DNA of 64,000 bases from the IMG/VR virus record IMGVR_UViG_3300028171_000090, positions 32,001 to 96,000 of that record; one strand, given 5' to 3'. Under the pieces are notes generated by a model. It did no database searches. It saw only the letters and a list, made by a program, of their open reading frames with translations, and was not told the origin of the DNA. Every line of letters begins with the position of its first letter. Position 1 is the first letter of the stretch. Of the stretch, positions 6,942-17,687 are shown piece after piece. This stretch comes from a virus. Its lineage: Duplodnaviria; Caudoviricetes. Position numbers and translations under genes: made by a program.

Positions 6942-9620
6942 TTAACGTTGTTTCATTGCTTCCGCCATTACAGATAAGTCTAATACAATAACGTTGTTAT
7001 TAAAGACATCTTTATACTTTTCATATAAATCTGGCGGAATGTTTGCTAAGTCAAATGATGGTAATGTTTCGAAATCTGTTAGGATTTGATAGTATTCATC
7101 ACCGACTGTAAGGAATTCCTCACCATCATGTTTCATTTCAGCATCTAATGGCATGTAACGAGTTTGTGACTGTTCCATATCCACGTAGATAATATTTTCA
7201 GGTTTAGTAAGTAATCCACTATACTTGAATGATACATATTTCGGCATTTCTTGAGAACTATCTACGACGTTATGCTTCAGATACTCACGATATAAGTCAT
7301 AGTACATATCAATCATACCAACCATTTCTGGTCCTGTAACATCAGGCTCATCATCTTTAATCTTCTCACCAATCATGAGAGATTTTAGATACACATCGTA
7401 TAAGTCTGGTCCTACATTATAGTTAGGAGAAAACTCCGATACTAATGCAAAACTAGAACGATTTAGATACGTATTAAAATGCTTACGTGAATTTACACTC
7501 CATAACTGTAATCCGTTATTGGTAGGAATCTCATGATAACGGTGAGAGATTCTTCTACCATTTAGATAAAATGTCATAATATTATCATTGAATGGAGCTT
7601 CTATTGTGCCTTTATTTGGTCGTACACGCCCATACTCTTCTACTAATTTCTCGTCATAAATAGCTTTCTGGCAAAATGGTAAAAATTCTATATAAATAAC
7701 TTCACCAATTGTAAAAGCTGCATCAATAGTAAATTTAGGTGTAGTTAAATCATTCATTAAGGTTGGGAATTCAACCGACCAACTATAGTGAGGTAACGTG
7801 CGACCATTTTTATAAATGCGATAATTTTCTTTATCATGTGTAAGATATGCCATCTCAAGTGTCCCATCCACTACTGCACGAGTAGTTTTACCTGGTACAA
7901 CGTATCGAGTAAAGACATTACAGAATGTGTTTACACATTTAAGAATAATCTTATCTGGAAATGTTTGAATTAACATACCATCTGTGCGTTCAGGATATGC
8001 GTAAATCGAATATCCTGAAAACGGATAATATCTTTTCTTAGTTGCATTATACATAAATAATTTAATATAATCCGTATCAAGAAAATCTTTATCCCCTATT
8101 ACGAATGCTTTGACATTAGCAGGGACAGTAACATCTCGTACTGCTACTGTACTATTCATACGCATCATTTCGAATTCGATAATAGATTTTACATTCACTC
8201 TTGATGAACGAATGTATACTAAAGTTTCATCATTCTGATGATAAATCAATGGCTCATCATCACGAATACCATCCACAAATACATTGAATCCAAAGCTTTC
8301 TGGATTTGGGATATTGATAAGAAAATACTGTTGGTCAAAATCTTTGAGCATTGCTGTATCCCATACATCAGAACGGTTATTCATTCGAAGTGCTTTATTG
8401 TAGTCCATTTTAGAAACATCTGCGAACTTGGACTCTGTAATTCTTGTTTTATCTTGTACCGTATCAATGTATTTATTATAGAATTCATAATCATAATTTG
8501 TTATTTCTTTTAGTTTCTTTGCTCGCCACTCAGTGTCATTTAGTTTTGAATCTACTAAATTTTGAGCACTAGTATCGACATTAGATAGAGAAAATTTCGT
8601 GATATATTCTGGAACTTTGTTTCCATCTAAGTCTGCAACGAGGTCTTTTCCATGGTCGGTATCGTACCATAAAACATGGTCCCGATAATCATGGACGTCA
8701 CCAGGCTGTTCCTCGTAGAATATCATAGCAAAGGCTTTGTCTACAGGAAGCGGGTCAATACGAAATACATCAGACGTAATCGCTGTTACACCTAAGTCCG
8801 TATATAAACCATTTGCGAATATCATAACGTTCTCAATATGTACTGGGAACTTATATTCACGTTTACCTTTCACCTTCCGTTGTAAACGGAAATGTTTCGT
8901 ACCTTTTGTTAAAGTTTGAGTCTGTTTCAATGTCGGCATACAGGTTATTTCTATAAGTTTACCAATAGCCGCATTGACGGTAATAACAAACTCATTGCCT
9001 ACTTTGCGGGCGGTAAAATCTGTTGTAAATAAACCATCCACATAACAGAACCAACCAAAGTTTTCAGCATAAGGATGATCCACCATGCTCAGTTTAAATA
9101 CGTTAGTAGTCTTAGACTGTAAGTCTAAGTAATAGTTTCGACGAATAATATGCATCGTTGTAAATACTTCGTATTTATACGGAACACATAAAATTGTGTG
9201 GAAATCTGTAAATACAATTTGGATATCACTAACTGGTATCTTTTTACCATTATGATACATATCAAATGTATACTCGTAGTATTTATTAAATTCACTCAAT
9301 GGAATCAATTGATACTTATCGAATTTGTGTAATAATACATCTTCTTGCGTCTGTTTACGTTCAAACTCTTCTACAAGCTCTAAACCTTGGCAGACAATAA
9401 AGAAGTGGGTAAATGGTTTCCAGTAATAATGTTCTTTATGTTTCACTTGCTCTTTAATCTGGAATCCGTTTTTCTTTACTTCATAGACATCCATACCAAC
9501 ACGTGCATCCTGCACGGTTGATAGGAGACTATAACTGTAATTCATAATAAACTCTTTAACTGTTTCATCTAAAGCTTCTTTACGAATTTGAGCTTTTCGT
9601 TCTCGGGTTAAAAGTTCCAT
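6942..9620 (-). CDS. Large putative virion structural (baseplate-region) protein
   Basis: 892 aa, beta/aromatic-rich, in leftward late module; no catalytic motif seen. Confidence 0.65.
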   Translation of the reverse strand: MELLTRERKAQIRKEALDETVKEFIMNYSYSLLSTVQDARVGMDVYEVKKNGFQIKEQVKHKEHYYWKPFTHFFIVCQGLELVEEFERKQTQEDVLLHKFDKYQLIPLSEFNKYYEYTFDMYHNGKKIPVSDIQIVFTDFHTILCVPYKYEVFTTMHIIRRNYYLDLQSKTTNVFKLSMVDHPYAENFGWFCYVDGLFTTDFTARKVGNEFVITVNAAIGKLIEITCMPTLKQTQTLTKGTKHFRLQRKVKGKREYKFPVHIENVMIFANGLYTDLGVTAITSDVFRIDPLPVDKAFAMIFYEEQPGDVHDYRDHVLWYDTDHGKDLVADLDGNKVPEYITKFSLSNVDTSAQNLVDSKLNDTEWRAKKLKEITNYDYEFYNKYIDTVQDKTRITESKFADVSKMDYNKALRMNNRSDVWDTAMLKDFDQQYFLINIPNPESFGFNVFVDGIRDDEPLIYHQNDETLVYIRSSRVNVKSIIEFEMMRMNSTVAVRDVTVPANVKAFVIGDKDFLDTDYIKLFMYNATKKRYYPFSGYSIYAYPERTDGMLIQTFPDKIILKCVNTFCNVFTRYVVPGKTTRAVVDGTLEMAYLTHDKENYRIYKNGRTLPHYSWSVEFPTLMNDLTTPKFTIDAAFTIGEVIYIEFLPFCQKAIYDEKLVEEYGRVRPNKGTIEAPFNDNIMTFYLNGRRISHRYHEIPTNNGLQLWSVNSRKHFNTYLNRSSFALVSEFSPNYNVGPDLYDVYLKSLMIGEKIKDDEPDVTGPEMVGMIDMYYDLYREYLKHNVVDSSQEMPKYVSFKYSGLLTKPENIIYVDMEQSQTRYMPLDAEMKHDGEEFLTVGDEYYQILTDFETLPSFDLANIPPDLYEKYKDVFNNNVIVLDLSVMAEAMKQR

Positions 9621-9630
9621 ACTAAACCTC

Positions 9631-10596
9631 CTATTGGCTAATAGAGCTAAAGAACGTTCTATACAGTTTATCGATGTCAGCGTCTAACGTATTTTCGATT
9701 ACGTTCTGAACGTTTGTGTATGATCCGATAACAACTGCAAATAAGTTATGGTAGAATGTCGGTAAAAATTCTAGGCTTAGCATCATTGCGGCACCGTAAG
9801 AATTCACGTAGTTATCGACAAATTGTCGAGTTGTTAACTCTCCCATTCCACCTACATTCTCAGCTACAAATTTAATGAATGCATCTAAGTCTTTAAAATG
9901 TTCCTCTGGTTTAATATTACGGTCAATATCATTTACTAGTAATACACCAGATGATTTACAGTTACCGATTGCAAACTTCTTATTCATTTCTTGCATACTT
10001 GGAGAACGGCGTCCCATTACATTATATAAGAAGTAGTACGAAGTCAGATACATTACGATATCTTGACGTTCACGGTTAATACTGATAGAGAACATGCGGT
10101 TGAAAATCTTCAAGCATAGCTTACTAAACATAGATGAAGATAATTGTTGCACTTCAGCTCTCATTGAGATAGCACGATAGTTCTCGTAGCAGCTAATTAA
10201 AGTAGCTCCACATTGTAATAGATAGAATAAATTCTTCGTATCCATTTTAATTTCATTTTCTTTTCCATATGTAGCATGGTTTGAAATGTTTACTACACAT
10301 ACGATTGCTTTACCTGTATTAGCAAGGTAGCAAGGGATAGTCGTTGGAAGGCGATATTGTTTCGCATTCATAACTAACTTAATCTTTCCTTTACGTAAGC
10401 AATCTAATACGAAGTTTTTAGAAGAGTAGTGATAACGACGGTCTATTTCACCGATCATATCTTTGATTTCTGGACGGGCATCCGTAATCAATTCACCTTC
10501 TGTCAGAATACGCATCATCGTTTTTTGTAATTCGATTTGTTTGTCGTATAACTTGAATATATACGTATCAGATATACTTTTTAGCTTGTCAGACAT
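9631..10596 (-). CDS. Hypothetical late protein
   Basis: 321 aa, RBS, late motif at 10623-10634. Confidence 0.7.
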   Translation of the reverse strand: MSDKLKSISDTYIFKLYDKQIELQKTMMRILTEGELITDARPEIKDMIGEIDRRYHYSSKNFVLDCLRKGKIKLVMNAKQYRLPTTIPCYLANTGKAIVCVVNISNHATYGKENEIKMDTKNLFYLLQCGATLISCYENYRAISMRAEVQQLSSSMFSKLCLKIFNRMFSISINRERQDIVMYLTSYYFLYNVMGRRSPSMQEMNKKFAIGNCKSSGVLLVNDIDRNIKPEEHFKDLDAFIKFVAENVGGMGELTTRQFVDNYVNSYGAAMMLSLEFLPTFYHNLFAVVIGSYTNVQNVIENTLDADIDKLYRTFFSSISQ

Positions 10597-10622
10597 AGTA
10601 GCCCCTTCTTTCTATAATAATT

Positions 10623-10634
10623 TAATAAGTTGTT
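10623..10634 (-). promoter_or_regulatory. Putative late promoter AACA-N6-TA
   Basis: AACAACTTATTA. Confidence 0.6.
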
Positions 10635-10638
10635 AAAA

Positions 10639-10657
10639 TATATATTATTTTAATGGA
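10639..10657 (+). promoter_or_regulatory. Putative early promoter (variant)
   Basis: TATATATTATTTTAATGGA; core of the recurrent TATAYATTAT motif. Confidence 0.45.
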
Positions 10658-10703
10658 TGAATAAGTCTTGAACGATATAATATGCAATAAAGGAGGAGAA
10701 ACC

Positions 10704-11414
10704 ATGGCGAAGAAAGAAAATGAGCACACGAAATACTATAATACAAAGAGCCAACAGGTTCCAAGTGTGACGACTATAATTAAAATGCTCAACAAGCCAG
10801 AGCTTGTAAATTGGGCGAATTGGATGGGATTTAAAAAGACTAAAGTTGATGACATATTAGACTTCAGTTCCGAGATTGGAACGATGGCTCACGACTTTAT
10901 AGAACGATTCATAACCAAGGGGAAAGTGAATCTAAATAAAATAAAAACGCCTTATGAGTATAGAGATACTCCTGAGATAGCTATCCATTGTTTTGATTTA
11001 TTCCTACAGTGGTTAGATGATATGAAACCGCGAGTAGGTAAGTTTACGGGGAAAAGAACTGGTGGAGAAATCAAGTTCTTATATTCAGAATTACAGCTAA
11101 GCTGTGATACGTATGGAGGTACAATAGATTGTATCTGTACGATTGATGGTGTATTATACATTATTGACTTTAAGACAAGTTCAAGCATTTATCCAACAAT
11201 GTTTTTACAGTTATCAGCATATGTGCAATTATTTATGCACAACTATCCACAGTATGAGATAGAGAAAGTAGCCATTCTTCGATTAGATAAAAAGAAAAAG
11301 AAATATGAATTCGAAGAAATGGATTACACTGATACACTTATTTATTATGAAGCGTTCCAGAGTTTACTAGCAGTATTCCGAACGTGGTACTTATTAGGTC
11401 ATGTGAAATATTAG
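10704..11414 (+). CDS. PD-(D/E)xK exonuclease (RecB-family/lambda-exo-like)
   Basis: PSVTTII, GTMAHDFIE, GGTIDC..IIDFKTS, QLSAY; start moved to ATG 10704 after AAAGGAGG. Confidence 0.85.
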   Translation: MAKKENEHTKYYNTKSQQVPSVTTIIKMLNKPELVNWANWMGFKKTKVDDILDFSSEIGTMAHDFIERFITKGKVNLNKIKTPYEYRDTPEIAIHCFDLFLQWLDDMKPRVGKFTGKRTGGEIKFLYSELQLSCDTYGGTIDCICTIDGVLYIIDFKTSSSIYPTMFLQLSAYVQLFMHNYPQYEIEKVAILRLDKKKKKYEFEEMDYTDTLIYYEAFQSLLAVFRTWYLLGHVKY

Positions 11415-11427
11415 GGAGGTGAGAAGC

Positions 11428-12591
11428 ATGACAACAAAAGTTATTCCAGTATTTGCAGATACACACTGGGGAGTAATGGATTCAGAAAGAATGTACCATG
11501 AGTACAAAGAGACAATATTGAAGCCATTATCGAAACTACCAAAAATAGACTGTATTGTGATTGCAGGTGATTATTATGATAGTAAATTGGGTCTTGATAG
11601 TTCTGCTTCTAAGCGCGCTTTACAATTCATGGGAGAATTGATTAAGATAGCTCGTAAGAAGAAAGCCAAGATTCGAATCATTGAAGGAACGGATTCACAT
11701 GATGCTTCTCAGATAGAGAACTTCAAGTTCTTAGAGTACGATGATACAATCGACTTTAAAGTAATCCGTGAAGTACAAGAAGAAGAATTATTTGAAGACT
11801 ATTGGGTATTATATATTCCTGAAGAATATATGCAGGATAAAGATGCATTCTATTATCCATACTTTAGTCAAGAAGATCGATATAAACATATCTTTGGTCA
11901 TGGGATGTTGGACTTTGCCGCTTATACCGAGCATGTTACACATAGACCAGGAGCACCAACTTTTAATGTAAATGAATTAAACTATTGTAGCGTAGGTCCA
12001 AACTTCTTTGGTCATGTACATACAATGCAAGATTACAAACATAACTATTATTGCAGTTCTCCAACACGCTGGTGTCAAGGAGAGGAAATACCGAAAGGGT
12101 ATTATATCTGCTTAATGGATGAAGACACAGATAAGTTCGTTGTGTTGAAGATGTTTAATCATCTCGCTCGGATTTATCAAACCGTTCATATTGACAGGCA
12201 TGTCGAAGAGATGGATGTAGAAGATATTGTAAGATGGGTGGATGAGTATCGAATCGCGAACGATATTTACAAACTCAGACTACAAACGGTATACTTACCA
12301 AATAACTTGAATAGTGCTAAGTTAGCAGTATTGAAGAAACATTATCAAGGTGATAAACATATTACTTTAGATTTAAAGACGGACATCGTTCCGATTGAGA
12401 AACAAGAAGAAGAAGTTGTCGCACAGAAAGAATATCTATTTGATAAGAATTTGTCTGTAGAAGAGAAAATTCAAATTTATATTCAAAAAGAGTTAGATTA
12501 CGACATGCCTCTGGAGAGAATCAAAGAATTGCTCACAGGAGACAATAATATCGAATCCTTACTCAATAGTTTGATAGATGAAGACGACTAA
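11428..12591 (+). CDS. sbcD: SbcD/Mre11-like metallophosphoesterase nuclease
   Basis: ADTHWG, AGDYYD, EGTDSHD, GHVH; start moved to ATG 11428 after GGGAGGTGA. Confidence 0.88.
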   Translation: MTTKVIPVFADTHWGVMDSERMYHEYKETILKPLSKLPKIDCIVIAGDYYDSKLGLDSSASKRALQFMGELIKIARKKKAKIRIIEGTDSHDASQIENFKFLEYDDTIDFKVIREVQEEELFEDYWVLYIPEEYMQDKDAFYYPYFSQEDRYKHIFGHGMLDFAAYTEHVTHRPGAPTFNVNELNYCSVGPNFFGHVHTMQDYKHNYYCSSPTRWCQGEEIPKGYYICLMDEDTDKFVVLKMFNHLARIYQTVHIDRHVEEMDVEDIVRWVDEYRIANDIYKLRLQTVYLPNNLNSAKLAVLKKHYQGDKHITLDLKTDIVPIEKQEEEVVAQKEYLFDKNLSVEEKIQIYIQKELDYDMPLERIKELLTGDNNIESLLNSLIDEDD

Positions 12592-12626
12592 GAAGATGGG
12601 TGACTCCATCTTCTTAATTTAATTTT
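12591..12626 (+). terminator. Intrinsic terminator
   Basis: AGAAGATGG-N6-CCATCTTCT plus T-rich tail. Confidence 0.6.
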
Positions 12627-12637
12627 ATGATAGCTAA

Positions 12638-12649
12638 AACAAAAGAATA
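12638..12649 (+). promoter_or_regulatory. Putative AACA-N6-TA promoter for dnaB
   Basis: AACAAAAGAATA. Confidence 0.45.
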
Positions 12650-12703
12650 TATGAGAGGAATCGAAAAATGAAATAAATATATAGTAGGGGGTCCATTATC
12701 ATA

Positions 12704-14353
12704 ATGAGAAAAGCGAGAGTAAAGCGAACCGGAAATCGAGTTCCAATAAAGTTCCCATTATATACGCTAAATATGCTGATAGCATATACGATTAGTCAAA
12801 ATGAGAAAATTACCCGCAGCGGATTGATGAATATAAAGAAAGTTGTTGGTATGATTGACCAGCAACCATACGATCAAGACTTTGCTTTGAAAGCACGTCT
12901 TAGATTCTTAGAGATGGCGTTAGATGCCAGATTAGACAGTGGAATTGAAAATCCATTAGTCTTAGTAGACTACTGCCGTGTACAACGATATGAAGATGTA
13001 TACGAAGATATTGTCGATGATATTAAACATATCGTCTTATCAAAGAAAGAGATTAAATATGTTAATGACATGATCAGTGACAAACTAGCTCACTGTTACA
13101 TGTATCTTCATAAAGATGAAATCATGGAGACTCTAGGTAAACTAGATACAGGTGATTTCGAAGACTTAGCTTCTGTTAAGAAGAAGTTAAAGAAGTCCAT
13201 TATTCATTTAATGACAGACATGAGAAAGTCTGAAGCAAATAATGATATGGAAGGTGTATTCTCATTACGAGAAGGTACATTTGAACGCGTTGTTAAATCA
13301 ACGGTAGAGAAACTACAAAACCCTGGTAATATCTTAAAGACCGGAATCCAAGACCTGAATGAAATATTAGCAGGAGGATTCCAAGCACAACGTTTCTATA
13401 TGTTTGCAGGTCTATCAGGTGGTTTCAAATCAGGTCTATTATTAAACCTGATGTATCAAATTCGACTGTTTAATAAAAACTATGTAACCAAAGACCCAGA
13501 CCGTACGCCGGCTATCTTATTGGTTACACAAGAAAACAGTGTGGAAGAAACAATTGAACGTTTATACAGCTTAGCTGTAGCAGATACAAATGATGATGAG
13601 TTGAAATTCAACTCACCTGAAGAAGCGATTCAACTTCTACGTAAGAAAGGTCGCTTAACGTTAACAGATGAAAATAATATCGATATTCTTGTAGAATATC
13701 GAGCAGGTCAAACAATTGATACAACTGACCTGTATAGTATCATTGAAGGTTATGAAGATTTAGGATATGAAGTAATCTGCCTATTTCATGACTATATTAA
13801 ACGTATTCGTTCCGCAACAAGAGACGGGCAAGAAGAACGTTTAAAATTAGGGGCGATTGTCGATGAGTTAAAAGCATTAGCTATCGATAAAGATATCCCA
13901 GTTATATCAGCGAACCAGCTGAACCGTGATGGTGCGAAGACAATTGACTCCGCTATGGAGTTCAATCAGAATGACTTAGCGAAATTACTAGGACGCTCTA
14001 ACGTGGGTGAATCTTGGAATACGATTGAGAATAGTGACTTTGCATGTATCATCAACCGAGAGTTGAAACAGTCAACTCAAAGAATGTATCTAACATTCAA
14101 ACGTATTAAGTTACGTGGAAAACCGTTATCAGAATTAACATACTTTAACCAACCGTTTGCAGAAACAAATACAATGCGTATTGAAACTGATTTAGGTGGT
14201 CAGAAGTTATCTGAAGAAACATTAGCAACAGACTTAGCCGAAGTAATCCCAATTAACACAGGTAAGATGGGACGAATGACGGCAAAAGAGCGCGAGCCTT
14301 TAACATTCACACGTACACCAAGTCGTGAGGAAAGGCTTGCAGATATTATATAA
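12704..14353 (+). CDS. dnaB: Replicative DNA helicase, DnaB family
   Basis: KTGIQDLNEILAGG, Walker A AGLSGGFKS, LLVTQENS, FHDYI, DIPVISANQLNR. Confidence 0.92.
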   Translation: MRKARVKRTGNRVPIKFPLYTLNMLIAYTISQNEKITRSGLMNIKKVVGMIDQQPYDQDFALKARLRFLEMALDARLDSGIENPLVLVDYCRVQRYEDVYEDIVDDIKHIVLSKKEIKYVNDMISDKLAHCYMYLHKDEIMETLGKLDTGDFEDLASVKKKLKKSIIHLMTDMRKSEANNDMEGVFSLREGTFERVVKSTVEKLQNPGNILKTGIQDLNEILAGGFQAQRFYMFAGLSGGFKSGLLLNLMYQIRLFNKNYVTKDPDRTPAILLVTQENSVEETIERLYSLAVADTNDDELKFNSPEEAIQLLRKKGRLTLTDENNIDILVEYRAGQTIDTTDLYSIIEGYEDLGYEVICLFHDYIKRIRSATRDGQEERLKLGAIVDELKALAIDKDIPVISANQLNRDGAKTIDSAMEFNQNDLAKLLGRSNVGESWNTIENSDFACIINRELKQSTQRMYLTFKRIKLRGKPLSELTYFNQPFAETNTMRIETDLGGQKLSEETLATDLAEVIPINTGKMGRMTAKEREPLTFTRTPSREERLADII

Positions 14354-14388
14354 AAAAGGGTAGGTAGAGATTCTCTACCTACACCCTT
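14352..14388. terminator. Terminator between converging genes
   Basis: GTAGGTAGAGA-T-TCTCTACCTAC with A6 on the left. Confidence 0.7.
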
Positions 14389-14819
14389 GGTATGTCTTCT
14401 AGGAACGCATAGTTCTTCGTTCTAGATAGACGTTCTTCACATAGGTTAAGTATCTTATTGATGACTTCAAGTCTATCAGGATGCATAACCTTTAATGTTT
14501 TGTATTTAAAGTTAAATGGGCTAGAGCATCTATTCACTCGTAATAGAATATACCATAAGTCCATTGTACCGTATAAGTCACGACTTAATATTTTAGGATT
14601 CTGATAATACTTATCGAATTCTTTGTCGTCTAACTTAACGTCGATACAAATATCAATTAAGAAATCCATATAGCTATCAATTGCATTGGATATCGGAAAG
14701 ATGTTCTCTCCGATACGTAATAGATAGTGAGTCGTAGACAATTGGATTTCACTCGTTGACCCTTCTGTTATTAATTCAGACAGGGTTGTTGTAGATTCTG
14801 GATTCGATGTTACAATCAT
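14379..14819 (-). CDS. Baseplate wedge-like protein (T4 gp53/LysM-like motif)
   Basis: YYQNPKILSRDLYGTMDLWYILLRVN resembles the RPD..S..LYG...LWW.I signature. Confidence 0.65.
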   Translation of the reverse strand: MIVTSNPESTTTLSELITEGSTSEIQLSTTHYLLRIGENIFPISNAIDSYMDFLIDICIDVKLDDKEFDKYYQNPKILSRDLYGTMDLWYILLRVNRCSSPFNFKYKTLKVMHPDRLEVINKILNLCEERLSRTKNYAFLEDIPRV

Positions 14820-14830
14820 GGGATAACCTC

Positions 14831-15184
14831 CTATACAGTTGTAAATTCAATTCGTTTCGGATTTCTATTTGCTATAAAGCAATTTAAACGAGTACCCAGC
14901 CAAACTTCACCGTTATAGGATTGAGACCCACTTCTAGGTGAAATGATATAGTTACAAGTGACGATACTTCCTTTGACTCGAGGTCTACAGGATACGTCAT
15001 TTTGTATCATGGCAGTATTGATCTGTCTTACTGTATCTTTGGATGGGGCTATTGGAATGAATGGCATAAGTTTTGGGATATTAATATGGATAGGGGAAGC
15101 ATCACGAACGTATTTGTGATAGTCCAAGTTAAATCCATTTTCCCAAATCTCTAACTCAATATCCGTCGGGTTTTCGAAGTTCAT
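14831..15184 (-). CDS. Small putative virion protein
   Basis: Start moved to ATG 15184 (AGAAAGGA RBS; near-match AACT-N6-TA at 15208-15219); IHINIPKLMPFI. Confidence 0.55.
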   Translation of the reverse strand: MNFENPTDIELEIWENGFNLDYHKYVRDASPIHINIPKLMPFIPIAPSKDTVRQINTAMIQNDVSCRPRVKGSIVTCNYIISPRSGSQSYNGEVWLGTRLNCFIANRNPKRIEFTTV

Positions 15185-15258
15185 TCGAATCATCCTTTCT
15201 ATCATATTAATAGATAGTTGAACTCGTCGGACGCAATCAAAAGGAAGGAAGTATCTAT

Positions 15259-16512
15259 ATGGCAATGATTACATTAAATCAAGGACAATCTGACGCACGA
15301 GCCAAACTTGTACTCTGGTGGAAAACGAAATTCAAACAGACATTCAAGTTACAAGGACCGGCAGGTACAGGTAAGACAACTTGTATCTATAGTATGATGG
15401 CTGAGGTTGGTCTAGATGTGCGAACGGAAGTATTATTCGCAACCTATGTAGGTAAAGCAACAATACCTTTACGTATGAATGGATTACAAGGAAAAACAAT
15501 TCATTCTACCATTTATGACTTCGGAGTAGAACGAGTAATGGATGATAAAGGTAACTTTAAGATTGGACGAGATGACCGTTATGTTACAAAACCAACATTC
15601 CGTAGACGTGGAAGTTTGGGACCAAAGATTAAGCTTATCGTAGTCGATGAAGCTGGTATGGTTCCAGATGATATGAAACGTGACTTGGAATCATTTGGTG
15701 TTCCTATTATTGCAATCGGAGACGAAGACCAATTACCACCAGTATTCGGTAAGTCTTCTTTCATTAAGAATCCTGATGCAGTACTATGGGAAATTGTACG
15801 ACAAAAAGAAGGAGACCCTATCATTACATTATCTGATATGGCTCGTAAAGGTGTTGATATCCCAGTAGGTGTCTATGGTCCACGCTGTATTGTGGTTGAT
15901 GAAGACGCTATGAAACATAACTGGATATTTAACAAATCTAACATCGTTATCTGTGGGAAGAATAAAACCCGTGAGCAGATTAACGATAGAGTGCGATATG
16001 ATATCAAAGGATATCGTTCACACTTCCCAATGGTGGGAGAAACAATGGTATGTCGTAAGAATAACTGGAAAGAGACTGTCGATGATATTCCATTAATCAA
16101 TGGTCTATTTGGTACAGTGGAATATGTCTATCGTGAAACATTTAATGGTAGCAAAGTGCATATCGACTTCCAGCCAGACTTTATGGAAGATGATTATTTT
16201 GCACATATTCCAATGGATTACAATTACCTAACATTACCAATGAAAGATAAGGCAACGTATAGATATGGAGATGGTAACCGTTTTGAATATGGTTATGCTT
16301 CCACATGTCACCTTGTACAAGGTAGTCAGTATGGTTCCGTTATGGTATTAGAAGAGAAAATCGGGGATGAATTATTCCACCGTAAGTGGTTATACACAGC
16401 TATTACCAGAGCGCAACATACGTTAATCATTGTGAAGCGAAAAGAAAAAGCCAAAACATATAATGGTTATACATCATCTAAGTGGTACGATAATATAGCA
16501 GCTAAAAGCTGA
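15259..16512 (+). CDS. dda: SF1B Dda/RecD-like DNA helicase
   Basis: GPAGTGKTT, IVVDEAGMV, IGDEDQLPPV, GYASTCHLVQGSQY, LYTAITRA. Confidence 0.9.
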   Translation: MAMITLNQGQSDARAKLVLWWKTKFKQTFKLQGPAGTGKTTCIYSMMAEVGLDVRTEVLFATYVGKATIPLRMNGLQGKTIHSTIYDFGVERVMDDKGNFKIGRDDRYVTKPTFRRRGSLGPKIKLIVVDEAGMVPDDMKRDLESFGVPIIAIGDEDQLPPVFGKSSFIKNPDAVLWEIVRQKEGDPIITLSDMARKGVDIPVGVYGPRCIVVDEDAMKHNWIFNKSNIVICGKNKTREQINDRVRYDIKGYRSHFPMVGETMVCRKNNWKETVDDIPLINGLFGTVEYVYRETFNGSKVHIDFQPDFMEDDYFAHIPMDYNYLTLPMKDKATYRYGDGNRFEYGYASTCHLVQGSQYGSVMVLEEKIGDELFHRKWLYTAITRAQHTLIIVKRKEKAKTYNGYTSSKWYDNIAAKS

Positions 16513-16529
16513 AGGGAGAATGAAAAATA

Positions 16530-17495
16530 ATGACAAACGAAATTAAGGTAGTAGCACACACAGACACTAGACAGGTAAATGTACGTAAAGTAAAAGCAGT
16601 ACGATTAGAAGAAAAGAAGCCATCAATCATTATTGATGCAGAAACTTCTAAACCTGTAGATGATATTCGTACAGCACGAGTATCACGTGTACCAGCTATG
16701 ACAGATAGCTTATTTAATATCTTAAATGGATTAACTCATTTAAAGCAGTTAATTAATGATAATGAAAAGATTGATATTGAAGATGTATTAAATGTAGTAT
16801 CCGAAGGTACGTTAAATACCTTCGTTACATATTTTATGGATACTCGTATTGATAGATTAAAACGTAGCGGTACATATGATATCGTAAACTTAATTGCATC
16901 GACATTACTATTTGTACATGATTACCTATACACATTAAAAGGTAAATCAATTGTCGATCCAAATGAAATCGATGTAGTGAGAGAACTCTTAACAATGCGT
17001 ACAGCTGATGTAGAGAAGTTCTATAGAGACGATTTCAACTTTGTAATGAAAGACTTTGCTGTTATGAATATGGGTGAGCACATTCCAAGTAAGAAGAAAC
17101 GCTATAAAGGTTCCCAAGTATTTATTAACTTAGGAAACGGAATGTTTAAAGCAATCCCTTATAAATATTATAAGAAGTTAGATAACATGTCTCATGTAGT
17201 GATGAATTACGTAATCCGTGAATATGACCAAAGTCATTCAGAAGGAGAACCTGATTACATCGTTCACTATGAGAAAGAAGTTATCGCTACAAGTGTAACA
17301 GATATCTTTAGAGAAATCTTTGAGTATTGTAGTAAGTTTAACTTCGTTAACATGGAATTAATACATACTGGTGCGGCACTAGAAGTAGAACTAGATGACG
17401 TATTAGTAAAATTCAAGAATGGGAAAAACTCAGAGTCCTTTAGCTCTATCTATGAGTTCCTATTTAAGTATGTTCCGGGAGGTTTCTACATATGA
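16530..17495 (+). CDS. Hypothetical protein carrying an IRTARVSR motif
   Basis: 321 aa ORF with RBS. Confidence 0.75.
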   Translation: MTNEIKVVAHTDTRQVNVRKVKAVRLEEKKPSIIIDAETSKPVDDIRTARVSRVPAMTDSLFNILNGLTHLKQLINDNEKIDIEDVLNVVSEGTLNTFVTYFMDTRIDRLKRSGTYDIVNLIASTLLFVHDYLYTLKGKSIVDPNEIDVVRELLTMRTADVEKFYRDDFNFVMKDFAVMNMGEHIPSKKKRYKGSQVFINLGNGMFKAIPYKYYKKLDNMSHVVMNYVIREYDQSHSEGEPDYIVHYEKEVIATSVTDIFREIFEYCSKFNFVNMELIHTGAALEVELDDVLVKFKNGKNSESFSSIYEFLFKYVPGGFYI

Positions 17496-17677
17496 GAGTC
17501 ACTAAAGATACAACGATGAATGACCTCTTTGGAAATGACAGGCTTACAGATAGTAAGCCTGTATTCATCTCTAAGAAAGAGCGAACACAACAATTGATAC
17601 AGAGTAAAGAATTCAAAGATGCTTTTAACCTGTATCATGGTAAAGGTAAACGAAAGAAAAAGAAGAAACGAAAGTGA
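17492..17677 (+). CDS. Small basic protein
   Basis: 61 aa, GGAGG RBS, ATGA overlap, GKGKRKKKKKRK tail. Confidence 0.6.
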   Translation: MRVTKDTTMNDLFGNDRLTDSKPVFISKKERTQQLIQSKEFKDAFNLYHGKGKRKKKKKRK

Positions 17678-17687
17678 GGAGAAACAA

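Noticed and set aside
10704-11414. Cas4
   Set aside because: PD-(D/E)xK nuclease lacking the C-terminal three-Cys Fe-S motif; no CRISPR context
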